Origin: an uncultured Rickettsiales bacterium
Lineage (GTDB): Bacteria > Pseudomonadota > Alphaproteobacteria > Rickettsiales > RI-342
Assembly (NCBI GenBank): GCA_964538615.1
Contig: CAZIGK010000009.1
Span: 8,072-72,071, forward strand
Reading direction: 5' to 3'
DNA length: 64,000 bases
The notes under the pieces were generated by a model. The model was not told the DNA's origin. It searched no databases and saw nothing but the letters and a program-made list of their open reading frames with translations. This document shows, piece after piece, positions 1-9,452 of the stretch (position 1 is its first letter; each line of letters opens with the position of its first letter). The translations under genes and the position numbers were made by a program.

Positions 1-626
1 TCCGGCAATACCAGAGCCAGCTCTTCTTCCGTCACGCTCCCATGCCGTAAAATCCGGTAGGGTTGTTCACTCATATCCAGCACGGTGGATTCAATGCCCA
101 CAGCGCATTCCCCCCCATCCAGAATAAGAGGCACAACATCACCCAGCGATTCCGCCACATGCTGCGCACAGGTTGGGCTGACCGCACCGGAGCGGTTGGC
201 ACTGGGTGCCGCCAGCAACAGGCCACTTTGCTGCAACAGGGCGCGTGCAACCGGGTGTGCCGGCATGCGCACCGCGACTGTGTCCCCGCCTGCACTGACC
301 AAAGGGGAAAGGGTACAACCCGCCGCTCGGCGCAACACCAGTGTCAATGGCCCCGGCCAGAACATATCTGTCAGCAAGGTGGCTTCCGCAGGCCATTCCA
401 CCTCTGGGTACAGGGACTCTTTGTGCGCCACATGCACAATCAATGGGTTATGCGATGGCCGACCCTTCACAGCATAAATGCGCTGTACCGCGGCATCCTG
501 ACGGGCATCCGCCCCCAGTCCATATACTGTCTCGGTTGGGAAAGCCACCACCTCTCCGGCATGCAATAACTGGCAGGCATAAAGAAGTGCTTGGGAATGG
601 GTCGCCGGTTGAATAATTTTTTGCAT
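1..626 (-). CDS. tsaC: L-threonylcarbamoyladenylate synthase (Sua5/TsaC); 3' end runs off the window
   Basis: Not in the ORF track; manual reverse-strand translation from ATG 626 gives MQKIIQPATHSQALLYACQLLHAGEVVAFPTETVYGLGADA...KGRPSHNPLIVH...FWPGPLTLVL...AAPSANRSG...GIESTV, the Sua5/YrdC motifs. Confidence 0.93.
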   Translation of the reverse strand, partial: MQKIIQPATHSQALLYACQLLHAGEVVAFPTETVYGLGADARQDAAVQRIYAVKGRPSHNPLIVHVAHKESLYPEVEWPAEATLLTDMFWPGPLTLVLRRAAGCTLSPLVSAGGDTVAVRMPAHPVARALLQQSGLLLAAPSANRSGAVSPTCAQHVAESLGDVVPLILDGGECAVGIESTVLDMSEQPYRILRHGSVTEEELALVLP

Positions 627-744
627 TACCACATAAAACACGCTAATCTGATAATTCGATATGCTACCATATATGGTAAAAAAGCATCACCTGCCATACA
701 ACATATATGTTAAACACAGAACAATAGCCATGAAGGGGAACACC

Positions 745-1401
745 ATGACCTGTCAGGTACTTACCATAGCCCAGCAAAAAGGTGGAGCGGGAAAAACCAC
801 CGTCACTGCGCATCTTGCTGTGGCTTACAGCCAGCAAGGCAAGCGTGTCGCCGTGATAGACATTGACCCGCAGGGCAGCCTGACCCATTGGCACAGCCTG
901 CGCACCCAGCGTTTTGGTGAAGGCTATACCGGCTTAAACTTCAGTTCCCTTTCTGGCTGGCGACTGGGCACAGAGATTGCGCGCCTGAAAAAACATCATG
1001 ATATTATTCTCATTGACAGCCCGCCTCATACAGAAACAGAAGCGAAAACCGCCATTCGTCAGGCGGATGCCATTTTGCTGCCCGTACAGCCCAGCCCGAC
1101 AGATGTTTGGGCAACCCGCGCAACGATAGAACTGGCGGAAAAAGAAAAATTGCCCGTGCATATTCTGTTCAACCGCGTTGCGCCCAATTCCAAACTGCTG
1201 CAACAATTGAAGGATGAGCTACCGCAAACTCTCACTTCAACTCTGGGTAACCGCGTTCCCTTCGCTTCCTGCCTGCTGGAAGGACGCACGGTTACAGAAA
1301 CAGCTCCCGGCTCTGCCGCTGCGCAGGAGGTGAAAATACTCGCCGCTGAGGTGGCCGCCAAACTCTGGCCTACCCAAACGCAGGATGAAGAAGCCGCTTG
1401 A
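745..1401 (+). CDS. Orphan ParA-family ATPase
   Basis: Deviant Walker A QQKGGAGKTT, DIDPQGS, IDSPP; AAGGGGAA RBS before ATG 745; no adjacent parB. Confidence 0.88.
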   Translation: MTCQVLTIAQQKGGAGKTTVTAHLAVAYSQQGKRVAVIDIDPQGSLTHWHSLRTQRFGEGYTGLNFSSLSGWRLGTEIARLKKHHDIILIDSPPHTETEAKTAIRQADAILLPVQPSPTDVWATRATIELAEKEKLPVHILFNRVAPNSKLLQQLKDELPQTLTSTLGNRVPFASCLLEGRTVTETAPGSAAAQEVKILAAEVAAKLWPTQTQDEEAA

Positions 1402-1475
1402 CAGCAGGCGCTAGGAAGACTATCAGGGCGTGCAACCTTTTACCGTATGTAACGGTAGATTTTTTCCCTGCATGA

Positions 1476-2951
<1,476 letters not shown>

Positions 2952-3051
2952 TATTTTTTCAGGTGGCGTCATAAAACCGTCATCTTTCCACCGTAGGATG
3001 CAGCCACATTCCTTAGCGGATGCACATCTATCCATAAAAAAGGGAAAACCC

Positions 3052-3351
3052 ATGTCTCAGCCCCATGCTACTGCCATTGCAGAGTTTTTACGCAGCTACG
3101 ATCAGGATCGTTGTACGCTGGGCAATGACGAAGCTTATCGCCGTGCCGATGCACGCCTGACCCGAATGGATGCGGAAGATATAGATCAGGCACAGAGCAT
3201 CCGTCTGGCATTTGTGCGCCATTTGGGAAAGCAGTCAACGGAACATCTGGACGAGAATGCGCCCTCTCCCTGCGCCGCTAACCAAAGCCTGCCAGAACTG
3301 GCCTTAGAGTTTTTGCAGCGCTTCATTAGTACTGGTCGTGGACAGTCATAA
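3052..3351 (+). CDS. Hypothetical protein (99 aa)
   Basis: AAGGGAAAA before ATG 3052; fills the gap after guaB; no family recognised. Confidence 0.55.
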   Translation: MSQPHATAIAEFLRSYDQDRCTLGNDEAYRRADARLTRMDAEDIDQAQSIRLAFVRHLGKQSTEHLDENAPSPCAANQSLPELALEFLQRFISTGRGQS

Positions 3352-3423
3352 GATATTCCCTCTTGTTGTCCTATCTGGCTTCCGCTAGATTGCGGCCTCT
3401 TTTAGGTTGTGGGGGCATGGTGC

Positions 3424-4299
3424 ATGAAACGCAAACTTGGGCTATCGGGTCTGCTATTACTGGGCGTCACCGCCTGTCAGGGCGGCTGGTGGGGGCATGA
3501 ACCCCCGAAACCGCAACCTAACCCCGTGGTTCAGCCAGTTGCTCCCACGCATCCATTTCAGCGCATTCCCTTGCCAGAAGACAAGCCAGCATTGGAACGC
3601 ATTTCAGCCAATGAAATATTGCAACGTCTCATGCCCCTCATCATGGCACAGACCCTGCAACTGCCCCTAACCACGGAAAACCGGCAACAACTGCTGCGAG
3701 AACTGAGCCGCCTGCATGAGCAGGCTGACGCGGTGGAGGATATTCGCCACCCTGTCTTGCTGTGGCAAAATGCGGAGGGACGGTTGTTGCACCTCACGCC
3801 TGTACTGGCCAATACGGCATTTCCCTTCCCTTATATTCCCGTGCATGGGGTGGCCAGCCTGAAGGCCTTGAGTTCCCACACAGATCATATCCGCATTGCC
3901 ATGTTACAAATCCCGCTACATGGCAGCCCATGGCAACAACTCATCACGCAATTGCGCAAACCCGCTGCCAAAAGCAACGAACGACAAAAACTACAGCATC
4001 GGCTGGAACATATGCTGGAACCCAACCAGCCGGATGCCGCAACACAGGCGCGACTGGCAGTGGATGTCGCGGGCTGGTTCAGCAAACAACAGCTAGATAT
4101 GGCCGCATTGACCCTGTTACAGCAAGCGGAAGAAGCCACGTACCGTATTGCTACGCTGGAAAACCAGCATGAAGAACCCGTTAAAAGCCTGACCGAAGAT
4201 ATTTTGCAACTGCAAACCCTTTTACGCCAACGCGCACCCAAACCATTTGATGGCATGGGTGAAGCTGTCCGCTCCCTGCTGGGTGCAAACAAATCCTGA
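3424..4299 (+). CDS. Hypothetical lipoprotein
   Basis: MKRKLGLSGLLLLGVTA-C signal peptide and lipobox, then a Pro-rich linker and a helical region. Confidence 0.7.
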   Translation: MKRKLGLSGLLLLGVTACQGGWWGHEPPKPQPNPVVQPVAPTHPFQRIPLPEDKPALERISANEILQRLMPLIMAQTLQLPLTTENRQQLLRELSRLHEQADAVEDIRHPVLLWQNAEGRLLHLTPVLANTAFPFPYIPVHGVASLKALSSHTDHIRIAMLQIPLHGSPWQQLITQLRKPAAKSNERQKLQHRLEHMLEPNQPDAATQARLAVDVAGWFSKQQLDMAALTLLQQAEEATYRIATLENQHEEPVKSLTEDILQLQTLLRQRAPKPFDGMGEAVRSLLGANKS

Positions 4300-4408
4300 C
4301 CTGAGCGCAACATGGCAACCCATGCCGAACAATGTCCACCTTATTTCGACTGATATTCAAGCCTGGCATGCTGAGAATGAAGGTTTTAGGAGCACCGAAG
4401 CGTACACA

Positions 4409-4530
4409 CGCTGGCCTTCAGATGTGTGACCATCAGGCAGGCAAGACAAGCCGCACGGAGCGTAGTAAACCTACGAGAGTACGGCGCGACCGATACCTAA
4501 CGACGAGGACGCACATAATGAAGGCCAGTG
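4409..4530. repeat. Palindromic intergenic element, type B (~122 bp)
   Basis: Terminal inverted repeats cgctggccttca / tgaaggccagtg (1 mismatch); central hairpin cgtag-taaac-ctacg. Confidence 0.65.
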
Positions 4531-4533
4531 CTG

Positions 4534-4678
4534 GGTTCAATCACCATTGAGTGGAGCATGTGGCGAAAATGCTGGTTTTCGAGAAACGGAAGTTCCAGTG
4601 TACTTAAACGTACATGAAAGCCGGAAGCGCAGACATTCAGCCTTTGCAGTCCATTACATGCGAAAGGGTGATTGAGCC
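4534..4678. repeat. Palindromic miniature element, type A, copy 1 (145 bp)
   Basis: TIR ggttcaatcacc / ggtgattgagcc; aligns end to end with 43722-43865. Confidence 0.88.
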
Positions 4679-5334
4679 TAGCGGAACCATCCCGCAATAC
4701 TATACCTCCGGGTTCGCGTCACTTTCACCTCGTGCGGAATCTCCGCGCTGAGAAAAAGCGCCAACACACCATCTTGGGGGGTGACCATGGCAAGCAGGCG
4801 TTCGGGGTCATCAGGGGCATAGAGACAGAGTTCCCCCCCATCACCATCCTGCCAATCCGGGTTAAGGTAGAGCACAGTGGAAAGGCGCCGGTTGCCGCCA
4901 TGCAAAGGGGAATCGGTGGGGATAGCGTCTCGGAACGCATCCAGATGTCTGGCGTAAAAGGCGCCCGGCTCGTAGCAGGCATAATGCGCTTCAAAGCGGT
5001 TCAACCCCATAAACAAATGGCTATTCACCTGTTGCCGTACCTGCTCCATGACGGCTAAGAATTGCTCTTGCGCCGGAGTTTGACCGGTTAGCCAACGGGT
5101 TTTATCCCGCCGGATATTTGTGTTGGTATGAAAATCTTCTCCCCGCCCAATGCCGGCGCGTTGTAGTTGTCCTTCTTCGGCATAGGCTTCTACCTCCTGC
5201 CGTAAGGCTTGCAACAGCGCGGGACACAGTGCCTCCGGCCAGATGGCATAATGGCGTTCTGCTATCTCATCCAACACACGCGGCAGGGATGCTTCATCCC
5301 ACAGGGGTGACAGATTAACCATGCAAAGATTCAT
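4678..5334 (-). CDS. 2OG-Fe(II) oxygenase, prolyl-hydroxylase-like (SM-20/EGLN type)
   Basis: IRRD, HYACY..GAFYARHLD (HxD), YLNPDW...GGEL, PHEV, RYSIAGWF. Confidence 0.88.
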   Translation of the reverse strand: MNLCMVNLSPLWDEASLPRVLDEIAERHYAIWPEALCPALLQALRQEVEAYAEEGQLQRAGIGRGEDFHTNTNIRRDKTRWLTGQTPAQEQFLAVMEQVRQQVNSHLFMGLNRFEAHYACYEPGAFYARHLDAFRDAIPTDSPLHGGNRRLSTVLYLNPDWQDGDGGELCLYAPDDPERLLAMVTPQDGVLALFLSAEIPHEVKVTRTRRYSIAGWFR

Positions 5335-5416
5335 TCCGAAAACAGGGAGGAGTATCTACCGCCGTTGCACCATGCACACGTCGGGCGAGAGACAACAGAG
5401 ACGGACGAAAGGGCTG

Positions 5417-6625
5417 TCAGGCAGCTTTACGCATCACCCCAAGCTCGGTCAGCACATCCACCATGCCATCCACCAGCGCATCCTGCATCTCCGTATCGTG
5501 TAACGGGGTGGGGGTAATGCGCAGGCGCTCTTCTCCACGGTTCACGGTCGGGTAATTGATGGGTTGCACATAAATTTTATGCCTCTCCAGCAACAGGTCA
5601 GAGGCTTGCTTGCACTTGGTCGCATCTCCAATCATCACGGGCAAAATATGGGTAGGCCCTTCCAGCAGGGGAATACCTGCCTGCCGGAAGCGTTCTTTCA
5701 GGCTGTTCACAATAAATTGATGGCGCTCTCGCTCTTGTCCGCTCTGGCGTAAATAGCGCACGCTGGCCAGAGCACCTGCCGCCACCGCTGGCGGCAAAGC
5801 CGAGGTAAAAATAAACCCATGGGCAAAACTGCGAACCAGATCCACAATTTCATTTTTTGCGGCAATATAGCCACCAATCACCCCATAGGCTTTGGCAAAT
5901 GTCCCCTGAATAATATCAATGCGGTCACTAAGACCCAATTGTTCTGCAATACCGGCTCCCGTGTCACCATACATACCCACCGCATGCACTTCATCCAGAT
6001 ACGTGAGGGCGTTAAACTCTTCTGCCAGTTCAATAATGGCTTCAATCGGGCCAATATCCCCGTCCATGGAGTAGACCGACTCGAAGGCAATCAGCTTTGG
6101 GCGCTCTTTGGGAATGTCCTGCAACATGGCGCGCAATTCATCCACCTGATTATGTTGAAAAACCCGCTTTTCCACCCGGCTATTGCGAATACCGGCAATC
6201 ATGGAATTATGGTTTTTTCCATCCGAAAAGACGATACAATCCGGCAATTTGCTACACAGAGTATTCAATGTGGTTTCATTGGCCATATAACCACAGACAA
6301 AGGCCAGACCCGCCTCTTTGTTGTGCAGGCGCGCCACTTCCCGTTCCAGAGCAACCACGGCCTGATGTGTACCGGAAATATTGCGGGTGCCACCAGCCCC
6401 CGCCCCCATGGTATCAATGGCCTGATGCATGGCATCCAGAACTTGTGGGTGCTGCCCCATACCCAGATAATCGTTGGAACACCAGATGACGATATCGCAA
6501 TTGCGTTCCACATCATGCGCAAGGGGGAAATTTCCCACCTGCCGTACCAATTGCCGAAACTCGCGGTAGCGTCCTTCTTCCCGCAATTGTTCCAGTTCCT
6601 GTTGAAAATAGGCCAGATAATCCAT
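5417..6625 (-). CDS. hemA: 5-aminolevulinate synthase
   Basis: [45 protein letters not shown] lysine in [18 protein letters not shown]. Confidence 0.97.
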   Translation of the reverse strand: MDYLAYFQQELEQLREEGRYREFRQLVRQVGNFPLAHDVERNCDIVIWCSNDYLGMGQHPQVLDAMHQAIDTMGAGAGGTRNISGTHQAVVALEREVARLHNKEAGLAFVCGYMANETTLNTLCSKLPDCIVFSDGKNHNSMIAGIRNSRVEKRVFQHNQVDELRAMLQDIPKERPKLIAFESVYSMDGDIGPIEAIIELAEEFNALTYLDEVHAVGMYGDTGAGIAEQLGLSDRIDIIQGTFAKAYGVIGGYIAAKNEIVDLVRSFAHGFIFTSALPPAVAAGALASVRYLRQSGQERERHQFIVNSLKERFRQAGIPLLEGPTHILPVMIGDATKCKQASDLLLERHKIYVQPINYPTVNRGEERLRITPTPLHDTEMQDALVDGMVDVLTELGVMRKAA

Positions 6626-6627
6626 GT

Positions 6628-7758
6628 CTATACTACTCCTGCAACCCTACTCTTATCCAGCCTTACTTCCGGCTCCACCTGCATCAAGGCACGCTGGCCA
6701 ACCATGGCCTGACGCACAAGACACACACTCTGCACCAACGTTGCCACAACCAGCAACGCCGTTACCTGATGCAACACCCCTAATCCCACGGGTATGACCA
6801 TCAGTAATGTGGCAATACCCAGACCAATTTGTAAGGCCAAAGCCCCCAGAATCCTGCGCGTGGAAGTCGCCAGCAGCGGTAGCATCGGCAGAGAACGGGC
6901 ACCCATATGCACTGCAATAGCCAGCAGCAGAACGACCATCGCCCACCAGCGATGCAAAAACTGAATCATGATAGGATTTTCTAAAACATTCAGCCAGACA
7001 GGTTGCAAAACATGCGCTCCCTCTGGGTACCATCGCCCATCCATAAATGGGTAAGTATTGTAGGAAAACCCCGCATCCAGACCCGCGGTGAACCCTCCCA
7101 GCACCAATTGCAGGAGAAATGCTCCACAGCTCACCAGCAGCAGGCTATGCAACTTCCACAGCCTTTGCATGGCGTCCGTGCTCAGCATCCGTGGTTCTGC
7201 CGGACGGCTCATAAAGAACAGTCCAAGCAACCAGCTAAAAATAATAAACGCTGTTATCAGATGCACGGTCAAACGGTAATGGCTGACATCTGGCCGGTCA
7301 ATCAGGCCGCTATGCACCATCCACCAGCCAAACGCACCCTGCAAGCCACCCAGTGCCAGAATCCCCAGCACATGCCAGCGCACCCGCCCCTGCACATACC
7401 CCATCCCCCAAAACAATGCCAGTGGCAGTGCAAACACGATACCCGTCAAACGGCCAATCATGCGGTGCCAATATTCCACCCAGAAAATTTGCTGAAACTC
7501 CGATAACGCCATGCCACGGTTTTTTTGCTGGTATTCCGGTGTTTGCTGGTACAATGCAAATTCTTCGTTCCATTCCTCGGTATTGGCAGGAGGAATGACC
7601 CCATGCACGGGTTTCCAATAGGTAATAGATAAGCCGGAATCCGTCAGGCGCGTATAACCGCCAACACCCACCATCAGCACCACCATCAGGGCAGACAGCA
7701 GCAGCCAAACGCGCACAGGCGCCACCAGCGTGTAGGAATATTTCACAAGCGTCGTCAC
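6628..7758 (-). CDS. ctaA: Heme A synthase (Cox15/CtaA type 2)
   Basis: [41 protein letters not shown]; about 8 TM segments. Confidence 0.95.
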   Translation of the reverse strand: MTTLVKYSYTLVAPVRVWLLLSALMVVLMVGVGGYTRLTDSGLSITYWKPVHGVIPPANTEEWNEEFALYQQTPEYQQKNRGMALSEFQQIFWVEYWHRMIGRLTGIVFALPLALFWGMGYVQGRVRWHVLGILALGGLQGAFGWWMVHSGLIDRPDVSHYRLTVHLITAFIIFSWLLGLFFMSRPAEPRMLSTDAMQRLWKLHSLLLVSCGAFLLQLVLGGFTAGLDAGFSYNTYPFMDGRWYPEGAHVLQPVWLNVLENPIMIQFLHRWWAMVVLLLAIAVHMGARSLPMLPLLATSTRRILGALALQIGLGIATLLMVIPVGLGVLHQVTALLVVATLVQSVCLVRQAMVGQRALMQVEPEVRLDKSRVAGVV

Positions 7759-7944
7759 AGCAAACCTTCAAGACCGCATTATGGCTCCCATGTCTGCCAT
7801 GATATCATGATACAAACAGGGGGATGAAATGCCATTGTCACAGACCGTGATTTATACCCCGCATCATGGCGCAAAACCAGCGAAAAATAACCCTTTGATG
7901 TGGCCATACGCATCCTATCTCTTCTGGCATCTGTTGTTTTCCAC

Positions 7945-7972
7945 TTGACCTCTGCGGTTTATTTGTTAATTT
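7945..7972 (+). promoter_or_regulatory. Putative sigma70 promoter of the metY operon
   Basis: TTGACC-N16-TAATTT ending about 10 nt before the riboswitch. Confidence 0.4.
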
Positions 7973-7981
7973 GTACATTAA

Positions 7982-8034
7982 TCGTGCCGATTTAATCCAA
8001 CTTGCGGGCACGTTAAACATACGGCTAAAGCGGG
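7982..8034 (+). ncRNA. SAM-II (SAM_alpha) riboswitch
   Basis: tcgtgccGATTTaatccaacTTGCgggcacgttaaacatacgGCTAAAgcggg has the SAM-II pseudoknot elements (P1 cgtgc/gcacg, GAUUU, UUGC, GCUAAA) and lies upstream of methionine genes. Confidence 0.88.
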
Positions 8035-8109
8035 TTTGACGGTAAAAAATATTTTTCCACCAGAAAACACACTTTAGCCTCTGTTCAACCCAGAATGGAG
8101 CGCTAAGCT

Positions 8110-9426
8110 ATGACGACGCAGAACACCCCCACCCTACACCCTGAAACCCTTGCGGTCCGCGCTGGCCAGAAGCCAGACCCAACGACTGGAGCCAGCCAAA
8201 CCCCCATTTACCAAAGTGCCAGCTTTGTCTTTGACAGCGCGGAACATGCTGCCCGCCTGTTTGCGCTGGAAGAGTTCGGCAATATTTACTCTCGGCTCAC
8301 CAACCCTACCGTCGGCGCCCTGCAGGAGCGCGTAGCTGCACTGGAAGGCGGCGTGGGTGCGGTTGCCACGGCATCCGGCCATGCGGCGCAGTTACTCACA
8401 CTGTTCAACCTGCTACAGGCTGGGGATAATATTGTCGCCTCCGGCAAACTGTACGGTGGTACGGTGACCCAGTTCAGCAAAAGCTTCAAACAATTCGGTT
8501 GGGATGCAACCTTTGCTGATCTGGATAATCTGGAGAGTTTCAAAGCCGCCATCAATGAGAAAACCAAAGCCATTTACGTAGAAAGCCTCTCCAACCCGGA
8601 AGGCAAAGTCGCGGATCTGGAAGCACTGGCCACCATTGCCCATGATGCTGGTATCCCCCTGATTGTTGATAATACCATCGCCACCCCCTTCCTGTGCAAA
8701 CCCATTGATTGGGGTGCAGATATTGTGCTGGAATCCGCCACCAAATACCTGACGGGCAATGGCTCTACACTGGGTGGTGTTATTGTGGATGCCGGGCGCT
8801 TTGACTGGGCAAAAAGTGACAAGTTCCCCTTACTTTCCGCACCGGATACCTCCTACCATGGCCTGCGCTTTACCGAACGTTTTGGCAATCTGGCCTTTTT
8901 TGTTCGCGCTATTGCTGTCGGCCTGCGGGATCTGGGGGCGTGCCTGTCACCGTTCAACGCCTTCCTCATTCTCAATGCCATCGAGACGCTGCCACTGCGT
9001 ATTCAGCGCCATAGCCAGAGCGCATTGACCATCGCCCGTTACCTGCAACAACACCCACAGGTAGCCCATGTCAGCCACCCTGCCCTTCAGGATGATGCGA
9101 ACCACCAGCTACTGCAAAAATATTTCCCCAACGGAGCCAGCGGCTTATTCTCCATTCGCCTGAAAGGAGGATATGAAGCGGGCAAGGCACTGGTCGCTAA
9201 TACGCAGTTGTTCCTGCATCTGGCCAATATCGGGGATTCGCGATCGCTTATTTTGCATCCCGCCTCTACATCGCATTCCCAATTGACGGATGAGCAAAAA
9301 CAAAAAGCCGGAGTCGGGCCGGATGTGGTGCGACTATCCATTGGGCTGGAGCATCCGGATGACCTGATTGCGGATCTGGAACAGGCGTTAGCCGCTCTTC
9401 CACAGACGCTTAGCAAAGCGGCCTAA
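8110..9426 (+). CDS. metY: O-acetylhomoserine sulfhydrylase / aminocarboxypropyltransferase
   Basis: GNIYSRLTNPT, ASGHAAQ, DNTIATP, SATKY (PLP Lys), HLANIGDSRSLILHPASTSH, RLSIGLE. Confidence 0.95.
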   Translation: MTTQNTPTLHPETLAVRAGQKPDPTTGASQTPIYQSASFVFDSAEHAARLFALEEFGNIYSRLTNPTVGALQERVAALEGGVGAVATASGHAAQLLTLFNLLQAGDNIVASGKLYGGTVTQFSKSFKQFGWDATFADLDNLESFKAAINEKTKAIYVESLSNPEGKVADLEALATIAHDAGIPLIVDNTIATPFLCKPIDWGADIVLESATKYLTGNGSTLGGVIVDAGRFDWAKSDKFPLLSAPDTSYHGLRFTERFGNLAFFVRAIAVGLRDLGACLSPFNAFLILNAIETLPLRIQRHSQSALTIARYLQQHPQVAHVSHPALQDDANHQLLQKYFPNGASGLFSIRLKGGYEAGKALVANTQLFLHLANIGDSRSLILHPASTSHSQLTDEQKQKAGVGPDVVRLSIGLEHPDDLIADLEQALAALPQTLSKAA

Positions 9427-9452
9427 CCCTCTGTTTTGCCAAAGGTCACGCA

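Noticed and set aside
63-569. 168-aa plus-strand ORF
   Set aside because: Antisense shadow of tsaC, which the ORF track missed because it runs off the window
4497-4697. Similar peptides from ORFs 4497-4697 and 43469-43831 suggesting a duplicated small gene
   Set aside because: The similarity is fully explained by the type A repeat; starts and stops differ between copies
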